Source: Octopus vulgaris
Lineage: Eukaryota
Direction of reading: 5' to 3'
NCBI GenBank assembly: GCA_951406725.2
Contig: OX597818.1
Coordinates: forward strand, 43,276,001-43,340,000
DNA: 64,000 nucleotides
The position numbers were made by a program, and so were the translations under genes. Below, piece after piece: positions 52,180 to 64,000 of the stretch. A model generated the notes under the pieces. It saw only the letters and a list, made by a program, of their open reading frames with translations, did no database searches and was not told where the DNA came from. The first letter of the stretch is position 1. Each line of letters opens with the position of its first letter.

Positions 52180-52413
52180 CTATTTCTTTACTACCCACAA
52201 GGGGCTAAACACAGAGGGGACAAACAAGGAAAGACAAACGGATTAAGTCGATTACATCGATCCCCAGTGCATAACTGGTACTTAATTTATCGACCCCGGA
52301 AAGATGAAAGGCAAAGTCGACCTCGGCGGAATTTGAACCCAGAACGTAACGGCAGACGAAATACGGCTATGCATTTCGCCCGGCATGCTAACGTTTCTGC
52401 CAGCTCACCACCT
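52180..52413 (-). mobile_element. family B SINE monomer inserted in (CAT)n
   Basis: Minus strand: ggtgagctggcagaaacgttagc...gcctttcatc..ccggggtcgat...ccccttgtgggtagtaaagaaatag. Confidence 0.88.
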
Positions 52414-53159
52414 TAAATCATCATCACCGTTTAATATCCATTTTCCATGCAAGCATAAGTTGGATGATTCAACAGGAACTGGTGAACCAGAGGACTGCAC
52501 AAAGTTCTAATGTCTGCTTTGGCAGGGTTTCTGTAGCTTGATACTCTCCCTAATACCAACCACATTACAGAACTGGGTGCTTTTTATGTGGCACCAGCAC
52601 TAGTAAGATCACCAAGTAATTCATAATACAAGACCGCTCAACTGAGAGAGGTCTAGTATAGAGGGACATGGCTTCATGCCAGGTGATAAGAGATTTTTTT
52701 AGTATGACAGAGGGACAGGAACAGGTATTTTGCTGTGGGAGATATACATGGTTACCCCCGTTGGACAAGAGAGAAAATGATGATGATTGTAGTGAAAATG
52801 TCTAGCTGGAAGGGCTAGATAGAGGGAATTAGTAAAGTAATCTGCTGTCAATATTTGAAAAGTACAAGATAACATTGCATCTAGTTTTAAGTCTAACATA
52901 TTGCTTTTAGCTTTTAAATCCAGCAGATAACATTGTGCCCAAGTGCAACTTCTCAACAAGTTCTTGCCAATGATCTCGTCTGTGACATCATCATTATAAT
53001 AATATTCACTTTTTCATGCTTGTGTTGGTTAAGACAATTTTTTATGGCTGGATACCCTTCCTGTTGCCAACGTTCACCTGTCTCCATCTAACCTAATATT
53101 TGTCCATTGCCAGACATGTTTTCATGGATGTTTTGAAACAAAGAACACCATTTGTATAC

Positions 53160-53337
53160 GTGGCTGTGTGGTAAGTAGCTTGCTTACCAACCACATGGTT
53201 CTGGGTTCAGTCCCACTGCATGGCACCTTGGGTAAGTGTCTTCTACTATAACCTCGAGCCAACCAAAGCCTTGTGAGTGGATTTGGTAGGCAGAAACTGA
53301 AAGAAGCCCATTGTATGTATGTGTATATATATATATC

Positions 53338-53430
<93 letters not shown>

Positions 53431-53617
53431 TTGTGTGTCTGTGTTTGTCCTCCCAACATCGCTTGATAACTGATGCTGGTGTGTTTAGGTCCCCGTAACT
53501 TAGCAGTTCAGCAAAAGAGACCGATAGAATAAGTACTTGGCTTACAAAGAATAAGTCCTGGGGTCGATTTGCTCGACTATGGCCACAGTTAAATGACTGA
53601 AACAAGTAAAAGCGTAA
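53160..53617 (+). mobile_element. family A SINE with long internal (TA)n(TG)n
   Basis: Head, core and tail as in the other copies. Confidence 0.9.
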
Positions 53618-55198
53618 AGGCATATACAACAATCACACTATATTAAAACAAGATGATGCCATCTCTCTCATACACACACACACACATGATGGGGGGTGGG
53701 TATAATAGAAGACACTTGCCCAAGATGCCATGTAGTGGGGCTGAACCTAGAACCAATTCTTAACCACTCAGCTGCTCTGTACCCTATATAACGGATAACT
53801 CGCATGGCAACTGAAAAAATAAACATCCTTTTATTAATTACAAAAAAATTCTGAATTTTAAAAAAATATCTAATTATAATAAAATGTCAATCAGATTCTC
53901 TTTTTTTTTCTGTTGTTTTTCTTATAATTGTAAAATTTGAAATCAATTTCTTTATTTGCTCATGTTTTAGTTTAAAGGGAAGGAAGCCTCGAGATGCATA
54001 ATTTCCTTACAAGTAAACTAAATGCTAATGTGTGGCATGTACAAGCTGTTGGCATTTCTTTATTTGAAAAATTCAGAAATTGTGATTTCTTTAATTGAAT
54101 GCCAGTGCATTATGCGATGCATTGTCGGTTTCATTCATAAAATAAATTATCTTTCGCTGATATTTGTACTTCCAATTTTCTGTTTATTTGAAACAACAAG
54201 GTAAAAAAAGAAGCACATGCTAATTATTCGTACCAAAACAATAATTAATTTCTGTTTACTTATTCTAGGATACTATTTTTCTCTAGATCACACTGGCTTG
54301 GTTTTTTCCAATTATTTCACAGTTCTTGAAGCGATTTACTGTTATGCATGACTTGACTCCAGTTTCTTTTGTTTTTCTTTGATGCACTCAGTTTCTTGGC
54401 AAATTAAGATGAATTAACATGTTTGTTTATATAGCAACTTCTGCAACAGAATTGTCATTTCTTTGTGAGAGATTTTCTAAATAAACTTACGCTCACAATT
54501 TGATACTTTGAGTGCATTTTACCTTAATTACAATACATTCAGTATACTTCTCTTTCACCTGCTCTCAGCATTCAAGTGTAAACTATTATTTCGCTTAGAA
54601 GGCTCTGAGCATTATCTCAGATTTCCATTCTTCTCTTCTTTTTTTTCATTTTCTTTTAATTATTTTTCTCTTTCTTGGTGTTATGTAAGAAATCAATATT
54701 ATTACTACTATAAATGTTACTGTTGTTGTTGTTGTGTGTTTGAATGTGCATACAAATGGATGAGGGTGAAACTTTGTGGTTTGTTTGTTACTTTTTTTTT
54801 AAAAATTCAATTGTAATAATTTTTTTATATTCATCTCAGTCAAAAGTTGTATGTTTGATGATTGATAAATATCTTTTAAAAGAGAAAATGTATTTTAGAT
54901 CTTTCAAAAAATACACCAGAAAATGTTACTATTCTCTATGCTTCAAGAACTTAGAAACTACTTTTCTTTACTTACCGTTTTATCAAGAATTTACAGTCAT
55001 TCTACTTCTGTTTTATCTTAAATTTTTCACAGTTTGCATGTTAAAAGCCTGATCCTTCCAATTATTTCTTGATCTAGATGTAAATTTATGTAAAGAATAA
55101 GAATTTCCATGTAGATAATTCATATATAAGTAACATATTTATATCTTATATATGTGTATGTATAGAACATGTTTATATCTAATGTGGGTGGGAGGGAA

Positions 55199-55630
55199 AG
55201 CAGTGAACTGGCAGAAATGTTAGCACACCGGGCGAAATGCTTAGTGGTATTTCGTCTGTCGTTACATTCTGAGTTCAAATTCCGCCAAGGTCAACTTTGC
55301 CTTTCATCCTTTCAGGGTCGATAAATTAAGTACCAGTTACGCACTGGGGTCGATGTAATCGACTTAATCCCTTTGTCTGTCCTTGTTTGTCCCCTCTATG
55401 TTTAGCCCCTTGTGGGCAATAAAGAAATAAAAAACGTTTGCACGCGGGGCGAAATGCTTAGCAGTATTTCCTCTGTCTTTACGTTCTGAGTTCAAATTCT
55501 GCCAAGGTCGACTTTGCCTTTCATCCTTTCTGGGTCGATAAATTAAGTACCAGTTGCAGACTGGGGTTGATCTAATTGACTGGCCCCCTCCCCAAAAATT
55601 TCAGGTCTTGTGCCTAGAGTAGAAAAGAAT
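55199..55630 (+). mobile_element. family B SINE heterodimer (two units with different tails)
   Basis: Unit 1 ends ccccttgtgggcaataaagaaat; unit 2 ends ccctccccaaaaatttcaggtcttgtgcctagagtagaaaaga. The same order is seen at 28172-28550. Confidence 0.85.
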
Positions 55631-55685
55631 GTGGAGGGGGATAGATGTGTGTATATGTGTGTGTGTGCATGAGAGGGAGTGTGTG

Positions 55686-56280
55686 CAGGCATGGCTGTAT
55701 GGTTAAGAAGCCCACTTTACAACCATGTGGTTTTGGATTCAGCCTCATTGTGCAAATGAATTTGGTTGATAGAAATGTTAGCACGCCAGACGAAATGCTT
55801 AGCAGCATTTCATCTGCCGCTACGTTCTGAGTTCAAATTCCACCAAGGTTGACTTTGCCTTTCATCCTTTCAGGGTTGATTAAATAAGTACCAGTTACAC
55901 ACTGGGGTCGATATAATCGACTTAATCCGTTTGTCTGTCCTTATTTGTCCCCTCTGTGTGTAGCCCCTTGTGGGCAGTAAAGAAATAAGAAACTGTGTGG
56001 AAGTTGGATATATATTCATGTATGTGTGTCTTTATGTTTATGTTTGTCCCCCTTCACCACTACCACCACCACCACCACCACTACTACCATTGCTTGACAA
56101 TCAGTGGCTGTTTCTTTATTTCCTCATAACTTAGCAGGTCAGCAAAAGAGACCAAGAGAATAACTACCAGACTTTAAAAAAAAAGAAAGAGAAAACTTAT
56201 TTGTTTGATTGAATCCGTCAAGGAAGTGCTCCAGCTTGGCTGCAGTCCAATACCAGAAACAAGTAAAAGATAAAAGAATG
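55686..56280 (+). mobile_element. diverged family A SINE interrupted by a family B unit (55772-55990)
   Basis: The family A head breaks at ttggttgatagaaa and resumes at gaaactgtgtggaag after the insert. Confidence 0.8.
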
Positions 56281-56719
56281 ATAAAGATGTGTGTGTGTTT
56301 GAAGAGATATATCATCTGGGCAGATACTGTGGTGGCTCTCAGTTATGTTCCAGGTTACAGCTAACCACATTGGTTAGTATCTAACGTCCGTGACTACTAT
56401 TAGTTGTCATTCATGCTGTAAATTCCTCTGATGAGTAATTCCAAGTTCGCTTCACTGGATGGTAATATTGTCTGGTTCCTGTTTTTGTTAGTCTTTCTAT
56501 TGCTAACCACTTTCTGAGTGCTCTTAGATACATTCAGTTCTTGAGAGGTTGTCTTGTACCTAGCAAGACTAAAGAGTTCTATGGGGTGTTTTTTTGTTTT
56601 GTTTTGGGGGGTTTTAGTGGGGGGGGTTTCTCTGTACCACTAGAAAGATAAAAGAGAGTCTTCTCTTCTATGCAGTGTCTTTCGTTCTTTCGTTCCTTTC
56701 TTTACAATACAACTGGACT

Positions 56720-57301
56720 AGAAGAGAGCCAGAGTCAGAGGGTGATAAATAACAAGAGTGATAGAAGCAAGTGGGTGATGGAAGTGAGGGTGAGGGAGTG
56801 GAAGACAGGTGTGTGATGGTTGTTGGTAAGGAGATTGGATTTAAGCAACACAGACAAGAAGGTGATAGAAAACAGATTGATGAAAAAGAATCAAGAGTGA
56901 TAGGAGCTAGAGGGTGATAGAAGAGAAAATAAGGTTAGTAAGTGTGTGTGTGTGTGTGTGAAAGAGAGCGGGGGGGGGGGGGAAGAAAGAAGGAAAGAGA
57001 GAAAGAAAGAATGAAAGAAGAGAGAGAGATATGACTGCAATAGGATTATAGGAGAAAGAGAGAGAGATGACAGAGGACAGTTGTTGGTAAGGAGACTGAC
57101 TAGAATGACCAGAAACAGCATGAGTTGCATGTTGGAGGAAGAGAGAGTGATAGGAAAGAGAGAGGTTGATAGAAGAAAGAGAGTGTTACCAAAGAGCGGT
57201 AGAGGGAGGAGTATTGTGAAAGACAGAGAAAGAGAGAAGAATAGCAATGAAAATGGAAAGTAAAGTAAGAATGATAGATGTTTGATGTGAGTGATAGGAA
57301 T

Positions 57302-57339
<38 letters not shown>

Positions 57340-57540
57340 TGGTTAGCAACAAAGAAGGGTGATGGTAAGAGGAACTGAAAATGGGTAGAGCCAATGTGAT
57401 GTCATCTTTCATTACATAACCAGTTTGTTGAGAGAGAACACAGTGATGGAGAAAAGGTGAATGGTAAATGGAGAGTAAAAAAAGAGAGATGGAGAGTGGT
57501 ATAAGGAGACTTGATGTATGGATGTAATAGTTGGAAGAGA
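56720..57540 (+). repeat. low-complexity purine-rich (GA) block
   Basis: Strong G/A bias, with (GA)n and a poly-G run. Confidence 0.8.
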
Positions 57541-57599
57541 CTCAGCTGTAGATATTATACAACCTAATCTCCATCTCTACCACCATATTCATTTTTGTA

Positions 57600-58705
<1,106 letters not shown>

Positions 58706-58714
58706 AGTTTACAT

Positions 58715-58927
58715 TTGTGTGTCCATGTTTGTCCCCCACCACCATTGCTTGACAACCGATGGTGGTGTGTTTATGTCCCCCGTAACTTAGCAGTTTGGCA
58801 AAAGAGACCAATGGAATAAGTACTAGGCTTACACAGAATAAGCGCTGGGGTCGATTTGCTCGACTAAAGGCGGTGCTCCAGCATGGCTGCAGTCACATGA
58901 CTGAAACAAGTAAAAAAAGAAAAGAAT
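58715..58927 (+). mobile_element. family A SINE 3' half
   Basis: gcttgacaaccgatgg...gactgaaacaagtaaaa. Confidence 0.85.
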
Positions 58928-59857
58928 AGGGAAACCATATAGAATTCCTGCCTATTCATTTTTTGCATACCAACATAGCCACTTTTACGATAGCAGTAAA
59001 TTTCTGATGTCTTTCCTGTCAGGCTTAGTCTTTGTCAGGTATGTGAACATGATCACAAAGCTGAATTAGGATACACAAGGACACCTACAAACAAATGGTC
59101 TTAAACTCCTCTATTAGACTATAATAAACAGAAGTGCTGAGATCTGAACTCTGATGTATACAAGCCTACATACCAAGTTGTTGCTGGAATTATTAACTTT
59201 CACTTTGTTGGCAGTGTCTCTGCACATAGCTTGGCCATTCAAGAATTCGGACCTGGAGATCTCCATTTCCAGCGACTTCAAGGGCCACCTCCCAGTGGTG
59301 TCGGGCATCAACAAAGAGCCCTCGACTACAACAAGACGACCAAAGTCTTTTTTTTTTCCAAGGTCTGGGGTCTCCCTCCCCTAAGCCCTAGACCATCACC
59401 TAATCACCCTTACCCATCTTGTTGCTTAACAACAACAACAGCACATAGCTTGTTTGATTCTCATAAGCCATTCTTAGATTTCTAGGGATTAAACTATAGA
59501 GCATGGAACCCTGTCAAAGTCCTTCTCCAAGTTGACAAAAGCTAAATAGGTGGTTTGCATTTAGCTAAGTATTTCTTCTGTTGTTGTCTTACTAGAAAGA
59601 TGACAGTGATGGCATCCTATCCTGGCATAAACTCAAACTGCATCTCATTTTGGCTAATTCTCTTCCTAGTCAGTTGTGCATTAACTCTTTCAGTAACTTT
59701 CATAACTTAGTCCATCAATTTAATGTTTCTAAAGTTACAAAAGCATCTTCTGTGTTCTTGTAATAGTTAATGATGATATTGTTATGTCAGTTATTGGCTA
59801 GTGTACTTTTCTTATTGGCTAAGCAAGTGACTAGTGCATAATCTACTTTACCATATA

Positions 59858-60020
59858 GGCGCAGGAGTGGCTGTGTGGTAAGTAGCTTGCTTACCAACCA
59901 CATGGTTCTGGGTTCAATCCCACTGCGTGGCACCTTGGGCAAGTGTATTCTACTATAGCCTCGGGCCGTCCAAAGCCTTGTGACGGAAAATGAAAGAAGC
60001 CTGTCGTATATATGTATATG

Positions 60021-60060
<40 letters not shown>

Positions 60061-60260
60061 TATGTCTGTGTTTGTCCCTCCAACATCGCTTGACAACTGA
60101 TGCTGGTGTGTTTAGGTCCCCGTAACTTAGCAGTTCAGCAAAAGAGACCGATAGAATAAGTACTAGGCTTACAAAAGAATAAGTCCAGGGGTCGATTTGC
60201 TCAACTAAAAGCGGTGCTCCAGCATGGCCGCAGTCAAATGACTGAAACAAGTAAAAGAGT
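59858..60260 (+). mobile_element. full-length family A SINE
   Basis: Complete head, core and tail. Confidence 0.92.
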
Positions 60261-61014
60261 ATAGCTTAAGTGTCCCAGTAACTAGCATTCATAATCCAGC
60301 TGTCTTTCTACTTTTGATTATACTTGCAACCATCCAGATCATATTTATATCCAGATGAAAAATAATATTCCTATGCATGAGTGTTTGTCTGGGTGATGTG
60401 TTTACTAGTTTCAGCAGCTTGTTATTTTAAATTTAAAAAATATATCCTTTCTTAGGTAGTTTCTGTATGTTATGTAAGTCTTTCTTGTAATCAAATCTTT
60501 ATTAAGTTCATAACGTTCTTTAAAATTTATCAAAGAGTAGAAGAGAAACAGAAATATGTTGGTTCCTGGAATGGAAGTTTTAGAATTAGATTTTGTGGAT
60601 ACAAATTTGAAAGATAAATCACTTCATTCTTCAAGGAAGTAATTCTTTTGTCATTTCAGAAAAATTAAGAAGAAACATATGGCATATATGCTTCAAATAT
60701 AGTCTTCACTTGCTTAAAAGCTGCATGTATTTTGATTTTAGTTATATAAGCTCTTGCTTAGAATACAGAAATAAAACTAGATATTTTTTCTAGATTAACA
60801 ATGTTTCTTACTCTGCTTTCCATAATATGATTGTTTTGTTCTGGGTTCTTTCTTTTCTTTAATGTTGTAATGTCATCTTTACATAACACAGAATGAAATT
60901 CTTGGAGGACCATTTCTGGTAAGTCTTAGATAATAATACTACCAATGGTACCCATCTTCTTGTCATTATTCCATGGTAACAGAAAATACATAAATTACAC
61001 CACTGTTAACAGCA

Positions 61015-61182
61015 TGGTGCTGTTCTCCATATTGTACATGTTTACGGCTAAATTGCGATGTTATTCACATGATCCATATGGTAGTTGTTTACAAGTAAAT
61101 TGTTCTGTTCTCCACATGGTGGCTGTTTACAGTTAAATTGTGGCATTATCCACATGATCCACATGATACTTGTTTACAGCAA
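61015..61182 (+). repeat. degenerate minisatellite (alternating 47/38-bp spacing; 85-bp higher-order unit)
   Basis: TGTTTAC at 61039, 61086, 61124 and 61171, each in similar flanking context. Confidence 0.75.
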
Positions 61183-61426
61183 GGCTACTTTGTCACAGAC
61201 AAAATACTGCACCAGACAATTCAGCTGTGGTTTTCTTTGAAGAATGGATCAGTCTAATCAATGAAATGACTAATACATTTTCCAAGTTGTTTATTTTAGA
61301 ACTCAGTTATTAATAATTTCAGCATTTAAAGAATGCTTCAAGAATGTTATTCATTCTATTATTTTTTTAATTATTGTTATAGATCATATTTTTTTTAATC
61401 ACTTTTTATTATTTTTCATCTTCTAG

Positions 61427-61502
61427 GAGGAAGAGACGGTTGAGTACTGGGCTGTATCCCGATCTGCAGAGACGCATCAAGCTTCCAGAAGCTTCTCTAA
61501 AA
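61427..61502 (+). CDS. candidate coding exon of the host gene (RKRRLSTGLYPDLQRRIKLPEASLK; alternative frame EEETVEYWAVSRSAETHQASRSFSK)
   Basis: Acceptor ttttcatcttctag, donor gtaagt, a GC/CpG-enriched 76-nt island in AT-rich DNA. Its phase 2 start fits exon 44504-44623. Confidence 0.7.
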
Positions 61503-63214
61503 GTAAGTTATATTATGAAATTTTACCATTGATACTACTTACTTACAATAACAGAGCCACTTCATGAAGAAAAAGCAGCTAAATCTCCCTCAAATAGCAC
61601 CTTATTGTCTTTGAAAAAAGGATACATTAGATGATTAGTTTTCAGTATACAAAAAAAAAAAAATGGATGGTTTTGCTTAAAACATTTTTTTTTATCAAAG
61701 TGATACTTGATCAGGGTTTTGACTTTGGACTAAATAACAACAGCGACAACAACCAAAATGTTAATATTACAAGCAATCATAATTTTATAATCCTTCATTT
61801 CACATTGTACCAGAGCCACTCAGCTGTAACTGGATAACCTTGTGACAGCCTGGCATACAAGAGTGAGATGGTGACTCAGGAAAATCACCTGAATGGAGGT
61901 CTTGCGAGCCAGGTTTTGTATTCAGCAATTGCAAAGATGAATATTGCAACCCGTACTGTGAACACCAACTGGTTGGGATTGGTTATTCAGCCACATTGAA
62001 TGATGATGAATAATTCTTATTAATTAAAACTACAAAATTATGATTGTTTTTTTTTCTTCTTTTTTTTTCTTTTCTTCTTTTCCTGTTCCATTTCAATAAA
62101 ACAGCTCCCTTTACTTTGTTACGTATCAGAAATTAAACCACAGATGGGAAATTAAATATGGCTGGAGATAATGTTCTCTCAGTGGGTACAATCTGAAGTG
62201 ATTCAAAACTTTCCCTGTCACAAAGTGTATAATTAATGTATAAGTATAATGCACTTAATGTATGATAGATATAAGTATTAATTAATACTTCATTTTAGGC
62301 AACTAACCTCTTGTGCACACATTCATTTCATTAATTTGCAAGCACATGGCTTAAAGGGTAAGTGGATGGAAATTATTCAATCAGTTAAAATGCCAAACTG
62401 GGTACTTCATTGTATTTAATTTAGGAGATCGCTATTTAAAGTGTTAACTACTTTGTTAGTTAAATTTGCCTTTCTCCAACCATTCCTTCCTACATATATA
62501 ACATGTGCTTCTAATTTACTGCAAGCAGTTCATCAACTATAACTAAATGCCTTTAATTAGTATTGTGTGTAAATAATATTGATTTCTAATATAGGCGCAA
62601 GGTCGCAAAAATTGAAGGAGAGATATAGTCATTTAAATTTATTTAACCAGTACTTGTTTTATCAACACCAAAAGGATAAAAAATAAAGTTGAAGTCAGAA
62701 GGTAAAGTGACACAATTAAATAGCATAAAGCATTTTGTCCATCATCATCATTGTTTAATGTCCCATGGGTGGGACGGTACCACAAGAGCCGACCAGGCCA
62801 AGTCCTGTACCAGACTTTTGCGACTGTTTTGGCAGGATTTTTACAGCTAGATGCCCTTCCTAACACCAACCACTCAGCAGAATGGACTTAGTGCTTTTTA
62901 TGTGGCACAAGCACAGGCGAGGTCAGTTTTGGAAAGGTTTTTTGCAGTTGGATGCCCTTCCGAACACCAACCACTTTACAGTGTGCTTTTAAGTGGCACT
63001 TGCACTGACAGATCACCAAGTACTTGCCTGAACTAGCTATATGGTCCAATGCTGTAACTTTTCTATCAGGCACAAAGCCAAACGTTTTTAGAAAAAGTGC
63101 ATAATTTATGGCAGGATTTGGACTCAAAATTTAAAGAAACATAATTAACGGCTACAAGACATCTGGCCAACATTCTGCTGCTTCTGCCACCAGCACCTTT
63201 AGGAAAGTGGAAAA

Positions 63215-63660
63215 CCTCATGAGAAGTCCCAAGGCTTTCATGAAAATTGAAGAAAGATCTTCAATGAGTACATCCTGGCAGTAATGACATACAGCTGTGA
63301 AACATGGGCTCTCAACACTACCATCAGGAACGCCCTTATTGTAACTCACTGGAAAATGGAACAAATCATGCTTGGGCGACAGAAAACCAATACCTGGATT
63401 CAAGAGTCAATGACATCATAAGAACATCAAGAAGAACAGATATAGATGGACTAACCACATTATGCGACTGAAGGACAGCAAATAGACAACCAGGGTGATG
63501 GAGTGGACACCAAAGCAATGGACAAGACCAAAACGCCAACCAAAAACTAGATGGTGAAATGATCTCACCTCCTACTAGCTGGGTCCTACATGGCCACAAC
63601 TGGCAAGAGATAGAGGGCAGTGGAAGGAGTCCAAGGTGGGATTCCTCCTTCAGTAGTGAT
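63215..63660 (+). pseudogene. RTE/BovB-like LINE C-terminal fossil
   Basis: IFNEYILAVMTYSCETWAL; RWTNHIMR...TTRVMEWTPK.WTRPKRQPKTRW...LARDRGQWK. Confidence 0.82.
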
Positions 63661-64000
63661 GAAACCCTAGATAAGGTGGATAAGATAGTTAAGGATAAGA
63701 ATCTATAGGTTGTCCCTTGTGTTGAATATTATTTTATTTATTCTTCGGGGCATAATCTTTAGGGAAATGTAGAAGTGTCCTACTCAAAGTCATATAGCAA
63801 ATTTGAACTGCTTGCCATTTCAATATCTTATCTACTTTCACATTTACATTATAAAGCTACATTCTACTGCATTACATAATACTATATTGATAGAATTATT
63901 GCAAACACATAAAAGGATTTTAGTATTATTTTTAACTACAAATATCAATAAATTGATAAATACTTTTCAAATAAAGAATTTGAATAAATTCATGTTGCAA

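Noticed and set aside
53971-54012. Possible 42-nt exon in a unique, CpG-containing region
   Set aside because: The phase-compatible frame stops (LKGRKPRDA*) and the donor is weak, so it cannot be distinguished from chance.
56891-57412. 173-aa hydrophobic minus-strand ORF resembling a membrane protein
   Set aside because: It is an artefact of low-complexity GA-rich sequence (Leu/Ser/Phe codons on the complement).

Overview
AT-rich, microsatellite- and transposon-dense animal genomic DNA. The SINE families (tRNA-derived heads with CORE-like and Meta-like domains, RTE-type tails) point to an octopus or other coleoid cephalopod, which is an inference. There is no long intact ORF: almost all listed ORFs are microsatellite or SINE read-through. 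The window looks like the interior of a large + strand gene, with two plausible, phase-compatible small exons (44504-44623 and 61427-61502, product unidentified) and some microexon and recursive-splice candidates. The rest is at least five SINE families, fossil LINEs (RTE, RTE-X, CR1-group), a decayed hAT transposase, a deleted mariner, hAT/piggyBac/mariner MITEs and two non-autonomous Helitrons. Most notable: two copies of a ~205-bp (TA)n-associated element with a Penelope-type minimal hammerhead-ribozyme motif, one abutting an exon acceptor; a ~495-bp near-perfect inverted duplication with template-switch signatures; an inverted ~350-bp copy of a locus 27 kb away inside a SINE multimer; and an old ~850-bp duplication with an invariant homeodomain-motif core and a 145-bp x4 tandem array. 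Coordinates were read by eye, and the ends of decayed elements are approximate.
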